Below, one piece after another: positions 20,476 through 31,366 of a stretch of 64,000 nucleotides of DNA. The position numbers and the translations under genes are program-made. The stretch comes from an uncultured Poribacteria bacterium (GTDB taxonomy: Bacteria > Poribacteria > WGA-4E > WGA-3G). The DNA lies in NCBI GenBank assembly GCA_951813565.1, contig OX638351.1, positions 3,040,001 to 3,104,000 of the forward strand, given 5' to 3'. A model generated the notes under the pieces. It was not told the DNA's origin, searched no databases, and saw only the letters and a program-made list of their open reading frames with translations. Every line of letters begins with the position of its first letter. Position 1 is the first letter of the stretch.

Positions 20476-23058
20476 ATGAAAATAAGAACAATATGTCATA
20501 ATCAATTACTATTTTTATGTGTTATTGGCCTATTTTTCCATAATGCTTTTACCTACGCTGAAGATACCACTGAATGGATGCCCGACGCTGCTTTGCAACA
20601 GGCGGTGAAAGAAGCACTTGAACTGCCAGCAGCCACCCCGATCACAAAAGAGCAGATGCTATCACTGACGCGTTTAGACGCAAATCACAAGGGGATTGTT
20701 GACATAACGGGTTTAGAGTTCGCTACCAATATAACAATACTACACCTTGGTGGAAGGAACCGTATCACTGACCTCACACCACTTGCCAACTTAATCAACC
20801 TTGTCCAATTACATGTCTGGAACACTCATAATTCAAGGGATACCTACCCAATTATGGATCTTGACATAAATCCACTCGCAGGACTAATTAACTTGGAGAG
20901 GTTATCACTATCAGGTAACGGTATAACGGATATAAGCCCACTTGCTAATATGAAGAAGTTACGCGTTTTGCATCTTACGCATAATCATATTGTGGATTTT
21001 AGCCCACTTGCAGGACTTATAAGTTTGGAGGAGTTAAAGATTAAACATAACTGGGCAACAGATTTTAGTCCGCTGAGTGCTTTAAACCTTACAACCTTTG
21101 AATACGATGAGGATGAAGTTTGCGAACTCCCACCGATTAGTCCGCCTGTTGCCGAACGCATTCAGAATAGAACCTTGCCTTCCATAGTGGGTTTATGGCC
21201 TAAAGGATCCATAGAAGATATTGTCCAATATGATTTCCATTACGGACCCCATTTCTATGTGTGGTGGGACACCACACCAACAGAACCAACTCTTGGATTA
21301 TCAACCCGGTTTGCCGGTGATGTTGAACGGTCAAAAGAGATAGTTCAACAAATGCTCCAACATAATCCAAATATGGTATTTGTTGTTCCAGTTCGTATCC
21401 ACAACCGGATTTGGTTATCGGACCTTCCCGCCGATTCCGACTTTTGGTTGAGAGATGGTGAAGGCAATATAATTCAGAATGCAAATGATGCGTATATGAC
21501 GAATATCTTAAACCCAGAACTGCAGGATCACCTTATTGATCGGATAGTTGCTGTTGCAAAGTGCGGACTTTTTGATGGCATTATGTTAGATGGATTCAAC
21601 AACCACGGCTTAGCAAGTGCGGGGGGCGGTCATAAACCACTTACCCCAGAATTAGCAGATGATGAAGCGATTATTGAGGCGCACATACGCATTTTCCGCG
21701 GTGTCCGTGAACGCGTGCAAGACGACTTTCTGATACTTGTGAATGCAAATCACAGCAAGCCGACACACTATGCTGAATATGTCAACGGCTCTGTGATGGA
21801 ACCCGGTGAAGATTACCTTGGTCACGGTGGAGGCACATACAGACGGCTTCAGGAACTTGATGATGCGCTGCTTTGGAATGAAAAGAATCTACGGGCACCA
21901 CGGCTTAACTGGGCATCAGGCTTTCTTTTTCCAGATCAACCTCCAGACACTCCCGATAATCTGCAGCGAGTGCGTCTCTTTACAACAAGAGGGCTTACAC
22001 TCGCTGATAATGCATATACAGTCGTAAATTATGTGCAAAGGACTTGGGAGACGTGGGCGGATGGCAATAATTTCTGGTTTGATTTCTGGGATGCGGACAT
22101 TGGCAAACCTATTGGTGAAAAAGGGCAACTTTGCGATAAATGCGAAGGACTCTTTATACGCGAGTTTACGAACGGTTGGGCAGTCTACAACCGCAGCGGT
22201 AAGGCACAAACTATCGAGTTACCGATGCGCGCCACCGGTGTGGCAAGTGGTATTACAAGCGCAACACACATCGTTCCCGATTTAGATGGCGAGATGTATC
22301 TGAAACAAGAAGCCAGCACCGACAGCGTTGGCACAGTCAAAGTGTTAGATATTGCGACAGAGGACCACCTACAAGCGGCGTCAGAATGGATGCCGGACCC
22401 CGCATTGCGAGCAGCAATTATAGAGCAATTAGGGTTACCAGCAAACATCCCGCTGACAAAAGATAAAATGCCACGACTAACGCAGCGCCTGATCGCACCC
22501 AATAAAGGCATTGTTGATATAACGGGTTTAGAGTTCGCCACAAATCTAAAGGCTCTGAACCTTGGTAAGAATCATATAACAGACCTACGTCCACTTGCTA
22601 ATCTAACAAATCTTGTGACTTTGCATATTTGGGACGTATCAAAACAGGGCACCGATTCTGCTATAAATCTTGACATCAGCCCGTTATCAAGTCTTATCAA
22701 TTTAGAGGAACTCTCCCTTGAGAGGAATGGCATTTCAGATATAAGCGCGCTTGCGAATATGAAGAAGTTACGTGTTTTGCATCTGTCACATAACTACATC
22801 GTAGATTTTAGTCCGCTTGCGGGACTGACGAATTTGGAAACGTTGTGGATTAATAACAATCCGGCAACAGATTTTAGTCCGCTTGACGCTCTGAATCTCA
22901 CAGACTTACGATACGATGCAGATGTCAACGGTGATGGTGAAATCAATATCTTGGATTTGGTAGCAGTGGCAAATGCATTTGGCAAAGCAGAACCTGATCT
23001 CAATGGTGATGGTGTCGTGAACATACAGGATTTAGTTATTGTGGCGAATGCGCTTTGA
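20476..23058 (+). CDS. Secreted internalin-like LRR protein with central putative glycoside hydrolase domain and C-terminal dockerin-like domain
   Basis: Signal peptide; LxxLxLxxNxIxDxxPL repeats; FDGIMLDG, ILVNAN, NGSVME, REFTNGWAVYN; twin DxNGDGxxNIxDL. Confidence 0.85.
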   Translation: MKIRTICHNQLLFLCVIGLFFHNAFTYAEDTTEWMPDAALQQAVKEALELPAATPITKEQMLSLTRLDANHKGIVDITGLEFATNITILHLGGRNRITDLTPLANLINLVQLHVWNTHNSRDTYPIMDLDINPLAGLINLERLSLSGNGITDISPLANMKKLRVLHLTHNHIVDFSPLAGLISLEELKIKHNWATDFSPLSALNLTTFEYDEDEVCELPPISPPVAERIQNRTLPSIVGLWPKGSIEDIVQYDFHYGPHFYVWWDTTPTEPTLGLSTRFAGDVERSKEIVQQMLQHNPNMVFVVPVRIHNRIWLSDLPADSDFWLRDGEGNIIQNANDAYMTNILNPELQDHLIDRIVAVAKCGLFDGIMLDGFNNHGLASAGGGHKPLTPELADDEAIIEAHIRIFRGVRERVQDDFLILVNANHSKPTHYAEYVNGSVMEPGEDYLGHGGGTYRRLQELDDALLWNEKNLRAPRLNWASGFLFPDQPPDTPDNLQRVRLFTTRGLTLADNAYTVVNYVQRTWETWADGNNFWFDFWDADIGKPIGEKGQLCDKCEGLFIREFTNGWAVYNRSGKAQTIELPMRATGVASGITSATHIVPDLDGEMYLKQEASTDSVGTVKVLDIATEDHLQAASEWMPDPALRAAIIEQLGLPANIPLTKDKMPRLTQRLIAPNKGIVDITGLEFATNLKALNLGKNHITDLRPLANLTNLVTLHIWDVSKQGTDSAINLDISPLSSLINLEELSLERNGISDISALANMKKLRVLHLSHNYIVDFSPLAGLTNLETLWINNNPATDFSPLDALNLTDLRYDADVNGDGEINILDLVAVANAFGKAEPDLNGDGVVNIQDLVIVANAL

Positions 23059-23076
23059 AACCACAAAGGATGCGTT

Positions 23077-23766
23077 ATGGACGTTCTCATACTGGACATA
23101 GGTTGCTCAAACACGAAAAGTTTTGTTTATAGGGGAAACAAGGATTCGGTATTTCTGATTTGGAAAGAGATTGTGCCGACCCCTACAACGGCTAAGGATA
23201 TCCTGACAACTTGCCAAGATTTGGTAAACACTGTCCTGCACGAGGGGTACTATCTTTCAGGTATCCTAACAACCTCCTTTAGCGACTCCGTGATGGCAGA
23301 AACAGAGGCAGGTAAATTGGTATTGCATGCGCCCTTGGATGCGTGTGGTGATGTGTCAAGAGAAATACTGTCTTATATGAAAACTGGCTATTCGTCTCTA
23401 TTTCCGACTCTCCACTGTCGTTTAAATTCGCTTGAGAATAAGTATGGTCCCCTGCGTCGTGCCCTACCGGTCTCAGGATTTGTAAGTGCCTTTCTTTGTG
23501 GCAATACGAAATGGAAAAAGTGGGACTGGACACATGCCAGTAATACCGGCATTTGGAGTCAAACTACGCGAGAATGGATAAATTTGGGTGATAGATTTAG
23601 TGATTTGATCCCAGCAGATACAGTCTCACCGGGAACAATTGTTGGAAAAATGGGACATGTTCCTTCAGGTTTTTATTCGGTGCCATCAGAATTAGGTGCT
23701 CCGAGATTTAACACCGATGTCCTGCCGAGCATGATTCATAATCACGATGGTGTAGTGCTAAGGTAA
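23077..23766 (+). CDS. FGGY carbohydrate kinase N-terminal-like protein, probably truncated
   Basis: LILDIGCSNTK and DWTHASNTG motifs; only 229 aa. Confidence 0.5.
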   Translation: MDVLILDIGCSNTKSFVYRGNKDSVFLIWKEIVPTPTTAKDILTTCQDLVNTVLHEGYYLSGILTTSFSDSVMAETEAGKLVLHAPLDACGDVSREILSYMKTGYSSLFPTLHCRLNSLENKYGPLRRALPVSGFVSAFLCGNTKWKKWDWTHASNTGIWSQTTREWINLGDRFSDLIPADTVSPGTIVGKMGHVPSGFYSVPSELGAPRFNTDVLPSMIHNHDGVVLR

Positions 23767-23871
23767 AGAGTGGAAAAGGAGAAGGCGGAAAGAATGGAAG
23801 GTAATCGGTTATCGGCAGTCAGAAGAGTCCCGAAACCTGAAAACTGAAAGTCGAAAACTAATATAAGGATT

Positions 23872-26484
23872 TTATTGTCCAAACGCATTCGCAACAATAA
23901 CAAGGTCTTGAATATTCACAACACCATCGCCATTGATATCAGGTTCTGCCTTACCAAATGCATTTGCGACTATCACTAAATCCTGTATGTTTACAACACC
24001 ATCATTGTTAACATCCGCATCGTGTTGAAAATCTGTTAGATTTAAACTGGCAAGCGGACTAAAATCGGTGCCTGGGTTATTCTTAATCCATAAAGTACGT
24101 AAGTTTGTAAGCCCTGCAAGCGGACTAAAGTCCTCTATCTGATTATGTGTGAGAGCTAAGAACTGTAGTTTCTTCAGTCCAGCGAGGGGTCTTATATCCG
24201 AAATACCGTTATTTTCAAGGGATAGCACCTCTAAGTTGATAAGTCCTGCGATCGGACTAATGTCAAGGTCTGTCACCGGATCAGTCTCATTTGTAGGTGT
24301 ATGCCAAACGTGTAATTGGACGAGATTTATCAAGTTTGCGACCGGACGTAGGTCTGTTATCCTGTTCCTACCGCCAAGATGTAGTATCTTTAGGTTCGTG
24401 GCATGTTCTAACCCTGTGATATCAACAATGCCTTTGTCGTTTGCCTGTAAGCGTGTCAACCACAGCATTTTGTCTTTTGTTAAGGGAATATGTGTTGCGA
24501 GTTCCAGTTGTTCGCGCACTGCCGCTCGCAAAGCAGCGTCCGGCATCCATTCTGATGGATCTTCTTGTGGATCTCCCGTTGGGGTGTCTAACACAATGAC
24601 AGCCCCGCTTTCGTTGGTGCTGGTTTCCTGTTTCAGATAGATTTCGCCATCCAAATCGGGGACAGTGTGTTGGGTACCAATTATGCTACTTGCGACACCG
24701 GTGGCTTGCATCGGTAATTTGATAGTCTGTGCCTGACCACTGCGATTATAGACAGCCCAGCCGTTTGTGAACTCCCGGATAAAAAGCCCTTCACAGTTGT
24801 CACAAAGTTGGCCTTTTTCACCAAGAGACTTGCCGAGATCGGCATCCCAGAAAGAATACCAAATATGCCCGTGGTCAGAACCTGTTCCCCCGAATTTCGA
24901 TGCCCCAGTCGTGTATACGATATATCCATCTGAATGTGTAAGACTCATGGTTGTGAATACACGCATCCAACGCTGGTTGGTTGGACTATCAGGCGATTCT
25001 ATTCTCATGCCTGCACCTTCTAAGCAGTTAATTTGTGGCGCGCGTAGATTCTTTTCTGACCATAGCAAAGTGCTTTCAATCTCTGCGAGTCCTTTGTATG
25101 TGTAACCATACGGATAATCTGGATCAAGTTCCATAAATGTGCCATTAAGATACTCGGCGTAAGCCGTCAGTTTTGATTTGTTCGCATTCGCGAGTATCAA
25201 AAAGTCATCCGGCACGCGTGCGCGCGCTTCACGAAAAATACGGGTCAACGCAGCAATAATCTCTTCATCGGTTATTTCTGGGCGCGTCTCTCTACCTGCA
25301 AAACCCGTATTATTATTTAATCCATCGAACATGACACCATTATAAAGTCCACAATTCGCGATACCCACAATTTTTTCCACAATTCGATCCTGAACATGCG
25401 GTTTTAAGAAGTCTATTTGATATTCCTTCCAACCTCTTGGGTGATCGAATACGACAATTTCACCGTTAGCGTCTCTGACCCAAAAGTCCGAATCGGGTGG
25501 AAAGTCCGAGAAACTCAGGGGACTGTAGTGATTTATTATATGAAGAAAAAGAAGATTTGGGTTAATGTCAAGTTGTCTCTGGCGTCTCTCTTTTGTAACT
25601 TCAAATTCACCAGCAAGCCGAGTTGCTAAACCTTTTGTAGGTTCTGTTGCTGTTATATCCCATTCCAAACCTAAAATGTTACCATCAAAAAAGAGATCAT
25701 GCATCGCAAGGCGTTGGTCGTAAACCAAAGGGTCATGCCAAATATGCCCTGATGTTCCACTTTCTCCTAATACAGTTAGCGATTCCCACGGTTGGAAAAC
25801 AGAGGGAAAACTTCTGTTTTTAATGCGTTCAATAACAGGAGCGCCAAGCGGTGTGGGATCACACACCATATCGTAGCGAAAATCTGTGAGGTTTAAAGCA
25901 GCAAGTGGACTAAAATCAGTTCCCCAATTGTTTATAATCCACAACTTCCGTAGATTCACAAGCCCTGATAGTGGGCTAAAATCCTCTATGTGGTTATGTG
26001 TAAGATGCAAAGCGCGAAGATTCTTTAACCCTGAAAGCGGACTTATATCAGTAATGCCGTTTCCCTCCAGTGAGAGAAATTCCAAGTTTATGAGATTTGC
26101 GAGTGGGCTTATATCGAGGTTTGTAACGGGTCCCTTATATCCATCGGTGTGCCAAATATGCAGACTCACGAGGTTCGTGAGATTTGTAAGCGGTCGTAAG
26201 TCTGCGATGTGATTGTTATTACCACCGATAAATAACTGTCTAAGATTCGTAGCAAATTCAAGTCCTGTAAGATCAACAATGCCACGATGGTTACCATTTA
26301 AATGTTTCAGAGATACCATCTGTTCTTTTGTCAGCGGGGCATCTGCTGGCAGTTCCAGTGCTTCTCTCACCGCCTACTGCAAAGCAGCGTCGGGCATCCA
26401 CTCACTTACATCTTCAGCGAAGGCACTCACACAAAGTAAAACAACAAGAATCAAAACAGCAACATATTTTTTAATGATAGGCAT
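23872..26484 (-). pseudogene. LRR/putative glycoside hydrolase/LRR/dockerin gene with one in-frame TAG at codon 37
   Basis: RBS GAGGAG, MPIIKKYVAVLILVVLLCVSAFAEDVSEWMPDAALQ*AVREAL; paralog has CAG at this codon. Confidence 0.8.
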
Positions 26485-26823
26485 AATCCGCTCCTCAGGT
26501 TGATAATACCTTTTCCATCTGAATAAGTCAAGAAAAATAATGTGCAAGGGTGTGTAAAGTTTTTGTCACTAAATGGTTCTGTAGATTATGTAAAGTTTTT
26601 GGTATTAACCGTTGCTTTCTTGTTGGATGGATTTTCAACCCCGATTTCTTAATTGCCACAAACGTGTTGGACATTGACTTGGGTCTCTTCTGTAGGAGCG
26701 ACCTCCTGGTCGCGACCCGACGAATGCCATGCGCGCATTCGGTGTAGTGCTATCGATTATTCAGACCATAAAATCGTAAAGTTAAGTCAACTGTTTTGCT
26801 CAAATTCTACGGGTGTTAAATAA

Positions 26824-27915
26824 TCAGGACTTACGCAGTCTTGAAGATTATTGAAGGATTTGAGAGTTGATGTCGTAAATAATCGTCCAATAAGCTATCT
26901 TTAAGCTCATAAATTGTTCTACCAACTGCACGGGCAGTGCGTGTCAAACAGACCCATACTTGAAAACAACACGCAATATGATTTCTTTGCGCACGCAACT
27001 TGCGACATTGACATTTACCAATACCAGTGACTTGTTTGATCTCACGATGAAATTGCTCAATCTTCCAACGCACTTTACATTCTTGGATTGTGGCATCCGC
27101 ATCTGATTGAGATAAATCGTTTGTAGCGATATATACCTTGTGTCCGTTAGAGGACGCTATCCGGAACAACTTCACTTGATGTCCATTTGGAAACTTATTG
27201 ATGTGCACTCGTTTTCCTTGTCGTATTTCTGTTTGGGTCCAACATAAATCTTGGACTTGTTGGTGTTGTTCAACACCATCCGTATCATTGACAAGACGAT
27301 TACGCTTGAGAGGCACATAGTAAATCTTGGAAAGTTTTTCAATCGCTTTGATGACTTTCATTGACGCATACCAAGCATCCATGAGCACAGTCCGAAACGG
27401 GAGTTGTTTTTTCAAGTAGACATTGTGCAACATTTCCAGTAAATGGTCTATTTTGGTTTTACCATCATGATCTTTGTCAAAAATACGATAATCAATGATC
27501 CAATATTCTTGCGTCTTTGGATTGACATAAAGACACGTGACAATACCGATGCCTACAACGACTTTTTTGTCGCTACCACTCCATTGAGAACGAAGGGCTT
27601 CAATCTCTTTGGCATGGAGTTTAGGAAGCACAAAATCATCAAAAACTATGTATCCTTCATCATCATACTCAATGTCATCCTTTACGGATTGCCAGAGTTC
27701 GTTGGAAGGAATGTTTTCATTTCTCAAGAAACGATTGAGTTGATCGTGGCTCCATTTTTCTGTCCGAGCAGCAAAGTAGGTTTGTGTCCAATTCGTGACA
27801 CTTGCTATCAAAAACTGACAATAATCGGAAAATAGGTTTTCCTTCTTTTGAGAGTGGGAAAATGTAATCATAATAGAATAGTATACACCATTTTATAAAA
27901 ATGCGTAAGTCCTGA
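26824..27915 (-). mobile_element. Insertion sequence, IS701-like
   Basis: Perfect 14-bp TIR TCAGGACTTACGCA/TGCGTAAGTCCTGA around a single transposase; no TSD seen. Confidence 0.85.
26831..27871 (-). CDS. DDE transposase, IS701-like
   Basis: SHDQLNRFL, IVFDD, VLMDAWY, RWKIEQFHREIKQ..G..CQCR. Confidence 0.88.
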   Translation of the reverse strand: MITFSHSQKKENLFSDYCQFLIASVTNWTQTYFAARTEKWSHDQLNRFLRNENIPSNELWQSVKDDIEYDDEGYIVFDDFVLPKLHAKEIEALRSQWSGSDKKVVVGIGIVTCLYVNPKTQEYWIIDYRIFDKDHDGKTKIDHLLEMLHNVYLKKQLPFRTVLMDAWYASMKVIKAIEKLSKIYYVPLKRNRLVNDTDGVEQHQQVQDLCWTQTEIRQGKRVHINKFPNGHQVKLFRIASSNGHKVYIATNDLSQSDADATIQECKVRWKIEQFHREIKQVTGIGKCQCRKLRAQRNHIACCFQVWVCLTRTARAVGRTIYELKDSLLDDYLRHQLSNPSIIFKTA

Positions 27916-27957
27916 GTATCAAACTCACGTTTAAATTACTTCCAAGACGGTTGAATT

Positions 27958-28424
27958 GTTGGGTTTCGCTTTGCTCTACTCATAGGCGTCAATTTTAGTA
28001 TATATCCTATTGTGGGAGTGAATCAACGCAGCATGCGCGTATGGCATGCTGCCAAATCAACGCCAAATGCGCTTTTTGGCATTTGTCGGGTTTTCAACCC
28101 CGATATAACGGTTTGAGTCTCACAATATCGGGCTTAGAAAGCCCTCCTACAAGAAAATCAGACACTAAATTGAAGCCTATAGGTTTCGCTTTGCTCTACT
28201 CATAGGCGTCAATTTTAGTATATATCCTATTGTGGGAGTGAATCAACGCAGCATGCGCGTATGGCATGCTGCCAAATCAACGCCAAATGCGCTTTTTGGC
28301 ATTTGTCGGGTTTTCAACCCCGATATAACGGTTTGAGTCTCACAATATCGGGCTTAGAAAGCCCTCCCACAAGAAAATCAGGCACTAAATTGACGCCTAT
28401 GGGTTTCGCTTCGCTCTACCCAAC
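27958..28424. repeat. Two tandem 200-bp TIR elements bounded by three copies of a REP core (220-bp period)
   Basis: Ends CATAGGCGTCAATTT/AAATTGACGCCTATG; core GGTTTCGCTTYGCTCTAC three times. Confidence 0.85.
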
Positions 28425-28518
28425 GGACATCTACATTTAGGTCTAATTATCAAACTCACGTTATATTATAAATCGTAGGGACAGAGAAGGGAACAGTGTA
28501 AATTAGACTGATTTGGTG

Positions 28519-29895
28519 TTATCCTGTTACTTCAGAAATAGCACGGTAGGTAATATCAAGGAGGGAATCCAATTCTGAAATCGAAATTTGTAAAGGTGGC
28601 ATCAGGACGATGGTATTGACAAGCGGGCGGAGTATTGCACCTTGAGCAAGCGCAGCTTTGCATACCCGGATACCTACCTTCTCTTCAAATGGATAAGGGG
28701 TGTAAGTGTCTGGATTTTTCATTAATTCTATACCAGCAGCCATACCGCAAACACGCACGTCACCGACATGTGGCACCTTGTAGAATTCCTGAAGACATTT
28801 GTTGAAATGTTTGATCGTTATTTGAAGGCAGTCAAGGAGATTTTCTCGTTCAAAAATTGCTATATTTTCTAACGCCACAGCACATGCTAATGGGTTTCCA
28901 GTAAAAGTGTGCCCATGAAAAAAAGTCTTGAGGGCACGATATTCGCCAAGGAAGGCGTTATAGATTTCATCGGTGGTCAATGTTGCTGCGAGTGGAAGAT
29001 AACCGGCTGCGAGTCCTTTTGCAGTACATAAAAGGTCAGGTGTAACGTTTTCATGTTCACATGCCCACATTTTCCCGGTGCGTCCCAGCCCTGTCATCAC
29101 TTCATCAACAATCAGTAGAGTTTCCCACTTTTTTGTTAAGGCAGTAAGTTCCTTCAGAAATCCTTTCGGGGAAATTAACATACCTCCTGCCCCTTGTATC
29201 AACGGCTCTAAAATGATTCCCGCAATTTGTCCACTGTGTTCCGATAATGCGCGTTCTACCGCATTAAGCCAATGAGTTTTCGTCAGTTCAGTAGAAGCGT
29301 TCCGAGATGTGTCTGCAGATTTAGAAGGGCGATAGGTTTCAGGAGCGGATACGCGGATACTTCTAAAAAGGAGAGAATTGAATGTGTTATGAAAACTCTT
29401 AATACCACCGACACTCATAGCACCAACTGTGTCCCCGTGGTAGGCTTTATCAAAATGGACAAATAACTTACGTTGCGGTTGCCCCTTATGCTGCCAATAC
29501 TGATACGCCATCTTCAGTGCAACTTCAACCGCTGTTGAACCGTTATCGGAATAAAAAACTTTGTTGAGACCTGTGGGTGTAATTTCAACAAGTTTTTGGG
29601 CAAGTTGAATGGCTGGGATGTTGCTGTACCCAAGCAGTGTGGAATGTGCAATCTTGTCTAATTGTGTCTTAAGTGCGGTGTTCAGTTCAGGATGGTTGTG
29701 TCCGTGAACATTTGTCCACATAGAGGCAATCCCATCAAGATATCGATTCCCATTAATATCAATCAGGTATACCCCTTCGCCGCGTTCAACGATAATCGGT
29801 TCCTCTGCCAGCCAATCACGCATCTGTGTGAAAGGATGCCAAAGGTAATTTTTATCCCAAGCGACTAACTTCTCTCTATCCCTTAAGCTTTGCAT
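28519..29895 (-). CDS. bioA: Adenosylmethionine-8-amino-7-oxononanoate transaminase
   Basis: LWHPFTQM, SMWTNVHG, DNGSTAVEVALKMA, YHGDT, DEVMTG, AKGLAAGYLP, FFHGHTFTGNP. Confidence 0.93.
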   Translation of the reverse strand: MQSLRDREKLVAWDKNYLWHPFTQMRDWLAEEPIIVERGEGVYLIDINGNRYLDGIASMWTNVHGHNHPELNTALKTQLDKIAHSTLLGYSNIPAIQLAQKLVEITPTGLNKVFYSDNGSTAVEVALKMAYQYWQHKGQPQRKLFVHFDKAYHGDTVGAMSVGGIKSFHNTFNSLLFRSIRVSAPETYRPSKSADTSRNASTELTKTHWLNAVERALSEHSGQIAGIILEPLIQGAGGMLISPKGFLKELTALTKKWETLLIVDEVMTGLGRTGKMWACEHENVTPDLLCTAKGLAAGYLPLAATLTTDEIYNAFLGEYRALKTFFHGHTFTGNPLACAVALENIAIFERENLLDCLQITIKHFNKCLQEFYKVPHVGDVRVCGMAAGIELMKNPDTYTPYPFEEKVGIRVCKAALAQGAILRPLVNTIVLMPPLQISISELDSLLDITYRAISEVTG

Positions 29896-31168
29896 AGTGA
29901 ATAGGTTGTTCTAACGCAAGTTCATCATACGTTCCTGTCTTCGGTACGATAATTTCAAGCATCCTATTCCTATATTTTGCGTGGAAATCTTCGGGTTGTC
30001 CCTGAATAGGAAAGATATTTCTAAAGCCATCTGGAAATGAACTGGTACGCCCAACGACCTTCTCAAATCGCGGATCTGCAAATTGTTGAGGTTTGTCAGG
30101 ATTCCTTGGAAGATGCGTTTGTACGGTCACAACGCTTTCTGGTGTAGGGGACGCATCCGGAGCAAAAGGAGAACTGAGATAAACTTCATAGTCATAATGT
30201 GGCATTCTATCCGGGAGTTCATACGTTTCTTTAGCAGAAGAATCTGGTACCCATTGTGGAAATTCAATCTCTATCCGATAATAGTCTGCCATTTCCAAAA
30301 CACGATTGACCATTCCATAACGGCGGTATCGTTCTTTTATATCATCGGAGAAAATTGAACCATCGGTCTGAACAGCACCGGGCATTGTTGTTCGCTGTGC
30401 TGCGGGGTCGTTTACCAGAGCAGAGCGCATCGCTTTGAGAACCGGTGTAGCAAAGAGTGAGGGTATCCATCCGTAGAAAGAGGCGCCATAGCGAGCTTGT
30501 TCATCGTCAGGTGCTGAAGTGAGTTCTGCTTTAAAACGAAACATACCTTCAGCAATAGCAATAACTATTCCTAAAAAGATCATAAGATTGCCTGTGGGGG
30601 TAAAAAGGCTGACATTGCCTTGCTTCACTCCGATGAAGAAAAGCACGAGTGGATACAGAATCAGATTGATTAAACTGTTTATGCCTGTTGAAACAGCAGC
30701 ACTGAAAACACGAGGATTTCCTGCCATGTCTTCTAACTGTGCTTTGAAACTCGCTGAGAACGCACCCAAGATCGGTTGTCCAAGCATGGTTAGCAAACCC
30801 AAAGGCGCACGTAGCGATGATCCGACTGCATTTGGCAGCTGCACAAATTCTTCAGGAATACCTTGTTCTTTACCTTTACTTTGTCCTGTGCCGTCAGCTC
30901 CGTCATCTGTTTTCTCAGGATAAACAAATGTCTCAAAGAATTTGCTGTTTATATCAATATATGATTCCCACTGGCTTGGCACTTCACTTTCCATATAGAT
31001 TGCTTCCACAGGACATGCAGGAACACACGCTGCACAGTCAATACACACACCGGGATCAATGTAAAGCTGATTTTCGCCTTCAACGGTATGTATGCAATTC
31101 ACTGGACAAGCCTCAACACATGCGGTGTCCTTTACGTCTATACAAGGTTCACAAATTATGTATGCCAT
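29876..31168 (-). CDS. FdxA-type dicluster ferredoxin fused to a membrane segment and an unknown C-terminal domain
   Basis: ICEPCIDVKDTACVEACPVNCI..IDPGVCIDCAACVPACPVEAI; 2-3 hydrophobic helices. Confidence 0.75.
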   Translation of the reverse strand: MAYIICEPCIDVKDTACVEACPVNCIHTVEGENQLYIDPGVCIDCAACVPACPVEAIYMESEVPSQWESYIDINSKFFETFVYPEKTDDGADGTGQSKGKEQGIPEEFVQLPNAVGSSLRAPLGLLTMLGQPILGAFSASFKAQLEDMAGNPRVFSAAVSTGINSLINLILYPLVLFFIGVKQGNVSLFTPTGNLMIFLGIVIAIAEGMFRFKAELTSAPDDEQARYGASFYGWIPSLFATPVLKAMRSALVNDPAAQRTTMPGAVQTDGSIFSDDIKERYRRYGMVNRVLEMADYYRIEIEFPQWVPDSSAKETYELPDRMPHYDYEVYLSSPFAPDASPTPESVVTVQTHLPRNPDKPQQFADPRFEKVVGRTSSFPDGFRNIFPIQGQPEDFHAKYRNRMLEIIVPKTGTYDELALEQPIHYAKLKG

Positions 31169-31366
31169 CCGTATCTCCGCCTCCTTTTCAGAATACCCAT
31201 TTTAATTATACCACAATTACTGATGGATAGCAAGTTGAATAAAATTATTAAAAGGATTAAATTTGTTATGAAAAAAAGGCGGAAACTATGCTATACTATA
31301 ATGCAGAAAATAAAATAACTTCAAAATAGAAATAAAATGTAATTTTTTCGTATACGTAGGAAACCC

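Noticed and set aside
23766..23860. Purine-rich and CTGAAAA-type short repeats
   Set aside because: Low-complexity, degenerate and too short to support a function
26374..26376. Programmed amber recoding (pyrrolysine or alternative code)
   Set aside because: TAG ends many normal genes here, no pyl genes are seen, and the paralog has CAG
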